From the human T2T-CHM13v2.0 reference genome, Homo sapiens: a stretch of 64,000 nucleotides of DNA. The DNA lies in the NCBI RefSeq assembly GCF_009914755.1, contig NC_060925.1. One strand, given 5' to 3'. The notes below the pieces were generated by a model. The model searched no databases. It worked only from the letters and a program-made list of their open reading frames with translations, and had not been told where the DNA came from. Positions within the stretch are counted from its first letter, which is position 1; each line of letters opens with the position of its first letter. The position numbers and the translations under genes are program-made. Below, in pieces: positions 1-24,506 of the stretch.

Positions 1-432
1 TGTAGCACTTGAAATTTAAATTTTCCACAAAAAAAGGCAAAGTTTAAATAATTTGCCAACACTCTCTAATCCTTAAGGGGAAAAAAAAGCTAAATAAACG
101 ACACACATAGGACTATGTAAACCCTTAACACTAAACTGTTTCTGACAGCCCTTCAGAGCTCTGAAGACAGCAAACTCAGTCTGCCTTCTCAGCATTCTTC
201 TAACTCTACCAAACTGGATAGCCTGAACCTTATAAAGGATCAAGAACTTAACAGAAGCCCCCGCTTGTTTCATTAAGTAACTGCCATCTACCCCTTGGTA
301 AGCAAAAGGCAGAGTTTGAAATTTTTCATAGATTTATACAGAAAGCACAGCCTTCAACCTTTTCCTGACAATGCCTAAGAGTGTGCCTCAGGCTAGCCTG
401 AAGAAAATGAGGCAAGGGGACTAATCTCTTAT

Positions 433-934
<502 letters not shown>

Positions 935-1879
935 TTAAATGGTACCTATTTAAGAGGCTGTACATGTTCCAGTGGGATGGGAAGCAGCAGAGACCAACAG
1001 AGTCTGAAGAAGCAAGCTTCTGAGTTATGAAAGCCTGGGTTCAGGAGACTAACCTATATGTAGGTTCCTAGGAAAGTCCAGTTAAAGGGCCTACTTTGCC
1101 ACTGCTGCCTCCTTCTTAATGCTGAACCTCATCTCCCACAAGGGGGCAGTCTCAGCAGGTGTCAGCTGAGCCATGTGTCATCTGTCCAGGCTAACTGCCC
1201 ACACATCCTTCTGCAAAGGGTACCTCTTGGTTATCAGTGCTCACTGATCCCTATATAATCAGACTCTAATCCCTGTAAAAAGATTACTTGGTGCTAGCCA
1301 AGCTAGCACCTTTGGTTCTTCCCAAACATACACCACTAATCCAGACTCTAATAACTTCATTTCCTTTAAATTACAAGATCAGAGCTGAAATAGGCCTTAG
1401 AAAGCTAGTCTGGGCTGGGCGCAATGGCTCAGGGGAGGCGGAGGTTGCAGTGAGCCAAGACTGCGCCACTGCACTCCAGCCTGGGCAACAGAGCAAGACT
1501 CCATCTTGCAAAAAATAAATAAATAAATAAAAATATGAACTATATGGATTAACCTCTTCTCTCAATAAAGTTATTTAAAAAATGGCATGCTTTATCTCTA
1601 GAGGTGATTCCCAACCATTTTGTTTTGCCCTAATACATCTGTGAGATCATCCTACATTCAGTAAGTTAGATCTTTGGGAGTGACTGATTCTAAATGAGCA
1701 GGACAGAAGAGAGGAGTATGTATACTTTGAATAAAAAGCCTTTATATTCTCCTTCCCAAGCTTTTCCATTACCCTCACCCTCACAACACACTGTAATCCA
1801 GGGGCTTCAATTTATGAAGAGAGATACCCATTTTCTTATTTGGTAGCTTCTGTTCCTACTATCTTTCCCATTCTACCAC

Positions 1880-2834
1880 TGTGGGGAAAAGAGAGATCAG
1901 ATTGTTACTGTCTCTGTGTAGAAAGAAGTAGACAGAGGAGACTCCATTTTGTTCTGTACTAAGAAAAATTCTTCTGCCTTGAGATGCTGTTAATCTGTAA
2001 CCTTATCCCCAACCCTGTGCTCCCTGAAACATGTGCTGTGTCAACTCAGGGTTAAATGGATTAAGGGCTGTGCAAGATATGCTTTGTTAAAACAAATGCT
2101 TGAAGGCAGCATGCTCGTTTTAAGAGTCATCACCACTCCCTAATCTCAAGTATCCGGGGACACAAACACTGCGGAAGGCCACAGGGACCTCTGCCTAGGA
2201 AACCCAGGTATTGTCCAAGGTTTCTCCCCATGTGATAGTCTGAAATATGGCCTCGTGGGAAGGGAAAGACCTGACCGGGGTCCCCCAGCCTGACACCCTG
2301 TGCTAAGGAGGATTAGTAAAAGAGGAAGGAACGCCTCTTTGCAGTTGAGACAAGAGGAAGGCATCTGTCTCCAGCCAGTCCCTGGGCAATGGAATGTCTC
2401 AGTGTAAAACCCAATTGTATGTTCCATCTACTGAGACAGGGGAAAACCGCCTCAGGGGTGGAGGTGGGACATGCGGGCAGCAATACTGCTCTTTAAGGCA
2501 TTGAGATGTTTATGTGTATGCACATCTAAAGCACAGCACTTAATTCTTTACCTTGTTCATGATGCAGAGACCTTTGTTCACGTGTTTATCTGCTGACCTT
2601 CTCTCCACTATTATCCTATGACCCTGCCACATCCCCCTCTCCGAGAAACACCCAAGAATGATCAATAAATACTAAGGGAACTCAGAGGCCGGCGGGATCC
2701 TCTGTATGCTGAACACTGGTCCCCTGGGCCCCCTTATTTCTTTCTCTATACTTTGTCTACGTGTCTTTTTCCAAGTCTCTCATTCCACCTAACGAGAAAC
2801 ACCCACAGGTGTGAAGGGGCAACCCACCCCTTCA
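1880..2834 (+). mobile_element. HERV-K(HML-2) solo LTR, older LTR5B-like, in PRDX1 intron 5
   Basis: TGTGGGGAAAAG...CCCCTTCA, 955 bp; 6-bp TSD TACCAC (1874-1879, 2835-2840); AATAAA 2664-2669; TATA altered to TGTAAAA. Confidence 0.93.
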
Positions 2835-2875
2835 TACCACCACTCTGTTGTCCTGTTATCAGACAGATGGCTTAC

Positions 2876-3006
2876 CTTCCCCATGTTTGTCAGTGAACTG
2901 GAAGGCCTGAACTAGTCTCAAAGTCTCATCCACAGAGCGGCCAACAGGGAGGTCATTTACAGTGATCTGCCGAAGAATACCCTTATCATCAATGATAAAA
3001 AGGCCC
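2876..3006 (-). CDS. PRDX1: Peroxiredoxin-1 exon 5 (c.384-514); gene continues beyond the left edge of the window
   Basis: Encodes [43 protein letters not shown]; AG/GT boundaries; 131 nt keeps frame with exon 4. Confidence 0.97.
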
Positions 3007-3241
3007 CTGGGAAAAGAGATGAAAGGAAAAGCAATACAGGTTTAGAGATGTGCTTTGTTAGAATACAGAGGCTTGAAGCCTGAAGGAAATGGACTGGTCT
3101 CCACACTCCTACTGGCCTGGCCTTAGTGAGGAGGCCCCTGCATAAAGGAATGAAATGACAAGGAGTCTCTACAGATCAGGGCTCTAGATCTCTCCAAATA
3201 AAAGGCTTTCAGCCAACTGGATACTTGTCCTGATGACATAC

Positions 3242-3364
3242 CTGAACGAGATGCCTTCATCAGCCTTTAAGACCCCATAATCCTGAGCAATGGTGCGCTT
3301 CGGGTCTGATACCAAAGGAATGTTCATGGGTCCCAGTCCTCCTTGTTTCTTAGGTGTATTGACC
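3242..3364 (-). CDS. PRDX1: Peroxiredoxin-1 exon 4
   Basis: Encodes [41 protein letters not shown]; 123 nt; canonical splice sites. Confidence 0.97.
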
Positions 3365-3684
3365 CTATGGCAAAAGGCAAACATACAGTTACATTCAAAC
3401 TCTTGACTTGACTGTACGCATTCCTCTTTCCCCTTTCCCATATTCCTAATCTAACTTTCCAAAAAGACTGTTTTTTTTCCGTTTTCCAGCAATAAAGTGA
3501 ATGCTGAGAACAGTTAAGGTAGGTCACTAGGGTACACTCAACTGCAATTGAAGCTGCTTCTTCTCTGCTGCCAGGTCATGAGAGCAATAAGAGAAAGTCA
3601 GACTTTGCACTCCCTTCAATGAGAAGGCAATACTTGAAAGTCTATTGCCAAAGCTTCCCAGTTGCTGTTTTAAAAGTTCACATG

Positions 3685-4018
<334 letters not shown>

Positions 4019-4022
4019 TTAC

Positions 4023-4176
4023 CATGCTAGATGACAGAAGTGAGAATCCACAGAAGCACCAATCACTTGGCAGTTGAGTTTCTTAAATTCTTCTGCCCTA
4101 TCACTGAAAGCAATGATCTCCGTGGGGCACACAAAGGTGAAGTCAAGAGGGTAAAAGAAGAACACAACATATTTTC
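4023..4176 (-). CDS. PRDX1: Peroxiredoxin-1 exon 3 (peroxidatic Cys, FTFVCPTEI)
   Basis: Encodes [51 protein letters not shown]; 154 nt; AG/GT. Confidence 0.98.
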
Positions 4177-4709
4177 CTGGGGGGAAAATCGGAGTCATGG
4201 TTAGCATTTGACACAGACTTCCTTGCTTTATATTTTCCTATACAAAAAGAAGCAAGTTGATGGCTGACACAATAACCACTAACTGCCAAGATGCTCAATA
4301 CAGATGTCTCCTAGAAGCTACTTTTAGAACCTGGTGCATTAGGAATACCTGAATGAAAAAAACTTCCAATCCCATACTTTATTCTCCTGCCTCCATGTCA
4401 TAGCTACCAATACAGAGTAAACACTGTTCAGTCTAATTTTGATCTTTTCTGAGTGGCTAAAATTAACATAAACACCAAGTTCTCCAAAGATAGCAAAAGC
4501 AAGGATGCACTTATAAGCATGGCCTAATGCCAATGCTTAACAATACCCAGAGAAAGCTGAATTGCAGTACTCCTCTGCTGTAGAGATAAGACACCAATAA
4601 GAAGTCACAGCCTTTGCACTTCTCCCGTGATGAACCATAGTAATGGAACAAGCATGGTTTAAGTGATCACATGTGTTCCTAACGTGCCTGACAGGACAGG
4701 AAAAATTTT

Positions 4710-9292
<4,583 letters not shown>

Positions 9293-9549
9293 CTAAGCCG
9301 CGGTCTGAAAGCTTTTCCAAGTCCCAAAGTTCTTAGTTCACAATACCACAAGCAAAAGAAATTTTGTAAGCATGGATCTTAGCAAACTTTTAACTGTTTT
9401 TTAAAAAGTCCTTAACACCTTTAACGACAAAAAACAAAAACCAAAAACTAAGGCATGCTGCAACTTGGTGCCCCCAAATGGCCTTCTCGTCCAATCCTTC
9501 TTTCCCAAGTGGCCCCCAAGTACAAAACCCAACCAATTCGGGGTAAAGG

Positions 9550-10620
9550 CTGCTGGGATTCAGGCCGCCACCGGGCCCCTTCAGGGGATCTGCCCAGCGT
9601 AGAGGGCCACATCCCTAAACCCCACTTCAGGTGCCCCCTGTCCCTCCCCAGCACTGGAGAAAGCACCAGCAGAGAGAGTGCTTCAGCGGGGACATTTGGG
9701 CTCATCGCTAACTCCATTCCACGTACAGGAAAATAAAGACGGGGAAAGGGTACCCGAAGCTCCGCAGCTAGTCAAGGCTCAGGACCCGGAACAGCCAAAT
9801 ACATAGAGGCTGTCTTCTACAGCCACGAGTCTGGATACAGGTCCATTCCAGAAGCTTCCCGAACCCACCCCGTCCGGCAGGAGGCTAGTCTCGGAGACCC
9901 CCACCACCAGCCCGCCCAGACGCCGCGCCACGTGCTCGAGTTGCCGGGGGAAGACTCGACTCGAGTCCACGCTTGCCTTGGGGTTCAACCAGGTTCCCGC
10001 ACCTACGTGGGGGGCCCACGAGAGGGGTGTGCGCAGCGCTCAAGCAGTCTCGGACTCCGGGCCTCCCCCGGCTGCCTCACGCATCACAGCACCCCCACCC
10101 GAGCGCGGGCGGGCCCCGGACAGGAGGAGGAAGAGGCAACAGGCAAGAAGGGCGCGCCGCGCCTCACTCCGCAGGGGCCGCACTGCCCACACTCACCAGT
10201 CCCAACACAAGTCGCAGAAACTAACCACCGACACCAGGCAAGAACAAGACGCGCAAGAGCTCTCCGGGGCGCTGCCTTTATAGCCAGTAGGGATCTCGCG
10301 AGAGTCGGAACGGACGGGGGTGCCGGAGGAGGAGAGAGAGGAGGGGGATGTGGCCCGAGCCCCGCCCGGCGCGCCCCGCCGGAATGACTCGGCGCTTTCC
10401 CTCGTTGGGGCGGGTGCGGAAAAATACTAATACCCCACCCTGTTGCGGATGGCTGAGGTTGGAGTGAGGCGCCCTTGTGGCCGCTCCCGAACCCGAACGC
10501 TTAGGTTAATCCTAGATCTCTGCGGAAAACCAGGATTCTCTTTACTTCCAGGACCACTACGCACTGTGCCCTCAATGCCCAAACTGGAGTAAGCGTCTTA
10601 GCTGCTGCCCACGGAGGACC
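9550..10620. promoter_or_regulatory. PRDX1 CpG island/promoter
   Basis: CpG-rich. TATAAA on minus strand 10277-10282, palindrome TCTCGCGAGA 10294-10303, GC boxes ~10360-10380 and ~10407-10413, ARE-like ATGACTCGGC 10384-10393, E-box CACGTG 9929-9934. Confidence 0.85.
10197..10255 (-). other. PRDX1: PRDX1 non-coding exon 1 (TSS approximate)
   Basis: Donor CTG|GTGAGT at 10196-10191; starts about 25-30 nt downstream of TATAAA; matches the recalled PRDX1 5'UTR. Confidence 0.85.
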
Positions 10621-10768
10621 ACGTCTAACCACACCAAGCCATGAGAACTGTCTATCCAAATATTTCTTAAGTTCGCAGCCTTAACCCCAGCGCAGATCCT
10701 CAGTAACCCTCATGGCTTAGATAGCTTCCTTCATTGTTCTCTTTAATTACAGGGTTGCTGCTTTCTGT

Positions 10769-11975
<1,207 letters not shown>

Positions 11976-12473
11976 GTCAGTTTAGTCACTCATTTCAATT
12001 AACACTATCTCTTATCCATCCCTTCCACTGCAGCTGAAGGAAATCTTTCTGAAGTCTGATCATGTCACTGTTATTCGTGGTTTAAAAGCTGGGGAAGAAA
12101 CAGCCACAAAAGTGTCTGTGACATGGTTTAGTCAGTTTAGTCACTCATTTCAATTAACACTATCTCTTATCCATCCCTTCCACTGCAGCTGAAGGAAATC
12201 TTTCTGAAGTCTGATCATGTCACTGTTATTCGTGGTTTAAAAGCTGGGGCTAAAGAAAGAAAGAAAGTAAAATTTAAAAAGAAAAGAAAAATAAAAAATA
12301 AAATAAAAGCTGAGGCTCTGTAGTCAATTTACTGAGTTAAAACTCCTCACTGTCAGGGCCGGGCGCGGTGGTTCATGTCTGTAATCCCAGCACTTTGGGA
12401 GGCTGAGGAGGGCAGATCACCTGAGGTCAGGAGTTCGAGACCAGCCTAACGTGGAGAAACCCCATCTCTACTA

Positions 12474-12632
<159 letters not shown>

Positions 12633-12881
12633 TCAAAAAAAAACACACACACACAAACACAAAAACTCCTCACTGTAATTTTAGGTGTGAACTTGGGCAA
12701 GTCTTAAACTCATTAAACCTTACTTTTCTCAACTGTAAAATGGGAATAATATTAATACTTTATTGTGATTATCTATGTAGTTCAGTACAGTACTTAGTTC
12801 TTATTATAAATTAGAAATGTTAGCTGCTATTAGTATAACTCTTCCATCCTTCACACTTATAACACCCAGAACACAGTGTAG

Positions 12882-13131
<250 letters not shown>

Positions 13132-14037
13132 TGATCTACCTGCCTCAGCCTCCCAAAGTGCTGGGATTACAGGAGTGAGCCACTGAGCCCGGCCGCCTTC
13201 AGACTTTTGTTTGAACCTGGAAAACTCTTTCCCTGGAGAAAACATGTCTTTCAGCATTACTTTCTCTCCGGCTGTTTCTTACCTTTACTCATTCCCAGGA
13301 TTTACAATTCCCCTCCTTTGTGTCCAAACAATAGCTTGTATAGCCAAAAAAATCTTTTAAGCAATTTTAGTTTTACATTTCTTCCTCTGCCTGCTAGAGT
13401 GACTTTCTGGAGAGTAGGATGTGGGTGACATCTGTCTCTGTGTCCCCAAAGTCACAACAAAGCATCTGATATAAAATAGGAGCTCAGTCAGTGAGCATTC
13501 AATCAATAGTATCATGTTTCTGTCTCTGTCCCCAGCTCCCTCACTAACTCCCTTGGCCCTTATAGTGGGATAATGAATGAGGAAGTGCTGTCTCATGCTC
13601 ATTGAGCATCTCAATTTTTGTTATTTATCATACTACTTTGCATAGACGTGATTTATTTGCTTTTTCCTTCTTTGCCTGAGGCTGAATAGTTAGTTGGCAT
13701 TATTCCTTTTTTTAATTTTTATGTAACTTTTATTCTTTTTTATCAGGCAGCCACCCGAGCCAGCAGCCAGCGTAAGCTCAGAGAGACTCCCCTTTCTTTC
13801 TTGCAGGAGCAAGGGCAGCATGAAAGTTCAGAGCTTAATAATGGATGGTTATTGGCTATGGGCAGGCTAAACCAATACACAGTACATACAGTCATACTTC
13901 AGCCCAAAGAAAATTGCCACCTATTGTATTCACCATATGCCAGGCATTGGGCTGGGCACTTGAGTTTATTTTTCTAATTCAAGAACAAGGCCAGGCACGG
14001 TGGCTCATGCCTGTAATCCCAGCACTTTGGGAGGCTA

Positions 14038-14351
<314 letters not shown>

Positions 14352-14453
14352 TCAGTAGTTCCAGACCAGCCTGACCAACATGGTGAAAACCTGTTTCTAC
14401 TAAAAATACAAAAATTAGCTGGGCGTGGTGGCAGGCACTTGCAATCCCAGCTA

Positions 14454-14561
<108 letters not shown>

Positions 14562-15463
14562 TCAAAAAAAAAAAAAAAGAAAAAAGAAAAAAAGAAAAGA
14601 AAAAAGAACTAAAAGAGAGTGGAGCACATTTGGCATGTGACTATAGTCCCAGCTACTTGGTAGGCTGAGGTGAGAGGATCACTTGAGCCCTGGAGTTTGA
14701 GCCCAGCCTAGGCAGTGCTGCAAGAACCAGTCTCTAAACAAACAAAGAAAAAAAAACAGGAAAAAAAAAGAGTTATCCTAGCCTAGAGAAATGTTAACAG
14801 TCTATCCCCTTAAGATCATAAAAGTGAAATAACTGGACAGAGTACTGAAAAAAGAAGAAATCTGTTGAACAAGTCTAAGTGATTTGTAGAGTCTCTCCAA
14901 AGGACAGTAAAGATTTCAGAACCATGGGGAGGAGGCTTTCTTGCAGGGTCTGATGTATACCTCTAGTTCTATTTTTAGATATATTCCATTGTGCTCTCTT
15001 CATTTGCTCACCATTAGCATGGGAATTATTCCCCTTGTTTTATTTATATTTGTAGTAACAAGTCTAGCACAGTAACTGGCATAGAAGTACTTAATAAATG
15101 TTACAATGTGTTGAAGACTTTTGAGATGTAGAATTAAATTATTTGAACTACGTTTCAGGAAGTTGACTCTGGAAGCTGTGTGATGAATGAATTTAGTGAC
15201 TAGGAGATTAGGCAAAGAGAGCAATTGGGAGGCCACGGCAATGATCCAGACAAGAGAAGTCTCAGAACTGTAATATGACATTAGCAGCAGGGTAGAAAGA
15301 AGGAAATACAAGGTATATTTCTTCAGGCTTTAGGATTAATTGGATTTAGGATGAAAGGAAAGAGTAAATTAAATCCAGTTTCTTGGTGACATGAGTGATG
15401 TCATTAACCTGTGACATAGGAAACACTGGAAGAAAAGCAGGTTTGAGGTTTAAAATAATGTTA

Positions 15464-15748
<285 letters not shown>

Positions 15749-16467
15749 TCAAAAAAAAAAAAAAAAATGCCGGGTGTGGTGGCTCATGCCTGTAATCTCA
15801 GCACTTTGGGAGGCCGAGGCAGGTAGATTGTCTGAGCTCAGGAGTTCAAGACCAGCCTGGGCAACATGGTGAAACCCCGTCTCTGCTAAAATACAAAAAA
15901 AAAAAAAAAAAATTAACCGGGTGTGGCAGTGTGCCCCTGTAATCCCAGCTACTTGGGAGGCTGAGGCAGGAGAATTGCTTGAACCCAGGAGCAGAGGTTG
16001 CAATGAGCCAAGATCGCACCACTACACTCCAGCCTGGGCAACAGAACAAGACTCCGTCTCAAAAAAAAAAAAAAGCAGTAGTTACATCACTGCACTAATT
16101 TGCTGTGGGAGACAGTTACCTGACTCATCAACAGCCATTGTCTCTTCTTCACAGCCAACTAAATGTAAAAGGTAAGGCAATTCAATGTAAGTATAAAGCC
16201 CATGTCCCAGGACAGCAATCATTTTAACAGTAGGACTTGCTAACCTGATAGCAGCCTGCTATAAACTTATAAACCATTAAAATTAAACCTATAAACCATG
16301 AAACTAAATGCTCTCAGATAATTGTAACAACAAATGCAAAATAAAATAATGGACGCCGGGCATGGTGGTGCATGCCTGTAAAGCCAGCACTTTGGGAGAC
16401 CGAGGTGGGCAGATCACTTGAGCCCAGGAATTTGAGATCAACCTGGACAACATGGCGAAACTCCATC

Positions 16468-17437
16468 TGTGGGGGAAAAGCAAGAGAGATCAGATTGTTA
16501 CTGTGTCTGTGTAGAAAGAAGTAGACATAGGAGACTCCATTTTGTTCTGTACTAAGAAAAATTCTTCTGCCTTGAGATTCTGTTAATCTATGACCTTACC
16601 CCTAACCCCGTGCTCTCTGGAACATGTGCTGTGTCAAACTCAGGGTTAAATGGATTAAGGGCTGTGCAAGATGTGCTTTGTTAAACAGATGCTTGAAGGC
16701 AGCATGCTCCTTAAGAGTCATCACCACTCCCTAATCTCAAGTACCCAGGGACACAAACACTGCGGAAGGCTGCAGGGACCTCTGCCTAGGAAAGCCAGGT
16801 ATTGTCCAAGGTTTCTCCCCATGTGATAGTCTGAAATATGGCCTCGTGGGAAGGGAAAGACCTGACCGTCCCCCAGCCCGACACCCGTAAAGGGTCTGTG
16901 CTGAGGAGGATTAGTATAAGAGGAAGGCATGCCTCTTGCAGTTGAGACAAGAGGAAGGCATCTGTCTCCTGCCCGTCCCTGGGCGATGGAATGTCTCGGT
17001 ATAAAACCCGATTGTACGTTCCATCTACTGAGATAGGGAAAAACCTCCTTAAGGCTGGAGGTGGGACATGCGGGCAGCAATGCTGCTTTGTAAAGCATTG
17101 AGATGTTTATGTGTATGCATATCTAAAAGCACAGCACTTGATTCTTTACCTTGTCTATGATGCAAAGACCTTTGTTCACGTGTTTGTCTGCTGACCCTCT
17201 CCCCACAATTGTCTTGTGACCCTGACACATCCCCCTCTCCGAGAAACACCCACAAATGATCAATAAATACTAAGGGAACTCAGAGGCTGGCGGGATCCTC
17301 CATATGCTGAACGCTGGTCCCCTGGGTCCCCTTATTTCTTTCTCTATACTTTGTCTCTGTGTCTTTTTCTTTTCCAAGTCTCTCGTTCCACCTAACAAGA
17401 AACACCCACAGGTGTGGAGGGGCAACCCACCCCTTCA
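16468..17437 (+). mobile_element. HERV-K(HML-2) solo LTR, LTR5_Hs-like, inserted into an old Alu
   Basis: 970 bp; TSD CCATC (16463-16467, 17438-17442); intact TATAAAA 17000-17006; ATGCAAAG 17160-17167; Alu left arm before (~16354-16467) and right arm after (~17438-17640). Confidence 0.93.
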
Positions 17438-17495
17438 CCATCTCCACAAAAAATAAAAAATTAGCCCAGTGTGGTGGTGTGTGCCTGTGGTCCTA

Positions 17496-17839
<344 letters not shown>

Positions 17840-18367
17840 TGACTGATTTTTGTATTTTTAATAGAGACAGGGTTACGCCATGTTGTCCAGTCTGGTTTCG
17901 AACTCCTGGTCTCAAGGGATTCACCCATCTCGGCCTCTCAAAGTACTGGGATTACAGGCTGAGTCACCACTACCGGGCTTATTTTTCATACAGATGATTT
18001 AGAATATGTTTATGTTAAATTTTTTTAGATTATCACTAAAAGAAAACAGTTGAATTCTTCAATTTACAAGGATTCAATTTTTAAAATTATATTTGAATGT
18101 ACAGAGGCCTACAAATACCAATTTCAGAAACACTGTTATCAAGGATATCTATTTGTTAAAATTGAATGCAACTGAAAGTAACAGATTAACTGCAAATAAC
18201 AAGCTTAACCAAATAGGGGATTAATTTTTCCCATTTAACAAGGAGACAGGGCCGGGCACAGTGGCTCACGCCTGTAATCCCAGCACTTTGGGAGGTCGAG
18301 GCGGGTGGATCACTTGAGGTTGGGAGCTCAAGACCAGCCTGACCAACATGGAGAAACCCCGTGTCTA

Positions 18368-18583
<216 letters not shown>

Positions 18584-19204
18584 TCATGGTTGTAATCCCA
18601 GCATTTTGGGAGGCCGAGATGAGAGGATCATTTGAGCTCAGGAGTTGGAGACCAGCCTGGGCGACATAGGGGTACCCATCTCTACAAAAAATTAAACAAA
18701 CAAACAAAAAATAGCCAAACATGATGACGCATGCCTGTAGTCCCAGCTACCCAGGAGGCTGAGATGAGAGAATTGATTGAATCTAGGGGGTTTAGGCCAC
18801 AGTGAGCCATGAATGCACCACTGCACTCCAGCCTGAGCAACAGAGCAAGACCCTGCCTCAACAAAAAAAAAGCAAAACAAAATGATAAAAAGCAAGTAAG
18901 GCAGGGCACAGTGGCTCACGCCTGTAATCCTAGCACTTTGGGAGGCCGAGGCAGGCAGATTACTTGAGGTCAGGAGTTCTAAACCAGCGTGGCCAACATG
19001 GTGAAACTTCGTCTCTACTAAAAATACAAAAAAAATAGCCAGGCGTGGTGGTGGACACCTGTAATCCCAGCTACTCTGGAGGCTGAGGCAGGATAATCGC
19101 TTAAACCCGGGAGGCGATCATGCCACTGCACTCCAGACTGGGCTACAGAGCAAGGCTCTGTCTCAAAAAAAAAAAAAAAAAAAAGAAGTAGACAGCTGTT
19201 ACAG

Positions 19205-20990
<1,786 letters not shown>

Positions 20991-20999
20991 ACACATTAT

Positions 21000-23900
<2,901 letters not shown>

Positions 23901-24334
23901 AATTCTTATATTTTCTATCAGATATCAACCTTAAATTCAAGTATGATTTGATAATTGTTCTTCTATTGCTGTCCTGGTTAATACTATGCTGCTTTTCATT
24001 ATTAAATAAGGCACCCATTTAGGATATTGAACGCTATGGATTTTAGCTTCAAGTTTTCATTTTCCCAGAAGATGAAACTAGAGACATAAAATATTGATTT
24101 TTCTTCTTTTCTTCCCTCTTCTTTCCCCTCCAATTTTAGGGGATCAAGAATGAATGTAGAGATATAGTCCAGACCAGAGCAGTAAAGGGAACATGTCCAA
24201 ATTGGATCAATCATGAAGCCAACTTGGAATACTAAAGTTGGTTTTTATCTCTAGCTACCTGATGCTTCAGCAACTGATTAATTCTCAGATTCTTTTTTTT
24301 AGAACCAAGTCTCTGTAAGTAGAAGCACTTTTCG

Positions 24335-24506
24335 GTTATTTCTTAATCTCAACACTATTGGCATTTTAGGTTTGATAATTCTTTGTTATGGAGGGACCGT
24401 CCTATGTGTAATAGGATGTTTAGCAGTATCCTGGCCTCTTCCCTCTAGATGCCAGTAGCACCCCCCACACACGGTGCCAACTGTCTCCCCAGGTTGAGAA
24501 CCGCTG
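24335..24506 (-). mobile_element. MER20 (hAT-Charlie) with internal deletion
   Basis: Reverse complement reads CAGCGGTTCTCAACC...GCTACTGGCATCTAG...GAGGCCAGGATACTGCTAAACATCCTA. Confidence 0.75.

Noticed and set aside
151-166. Perfect 16-bp palindrome CTTCAGAGCTCTGAAG
   Set aside because: About one such palindrome is expected by chance in 64 kb
4627-4691. C-box (GTGATGA) ... D-box (CTGA) arrangement resembling a C/D snoRNA
   Set aside because: It is antisense to the host gene, has a weak terminal stem, and has no clean guide or family match that I recognise
9932-10387. Plus-strand 151-aa ORF and overlapping ORFs at the PRDX1 promoter (likewise 39036-39679)
   Set aside because: Stop-poor GC-rich CpG island; no recognisable protein
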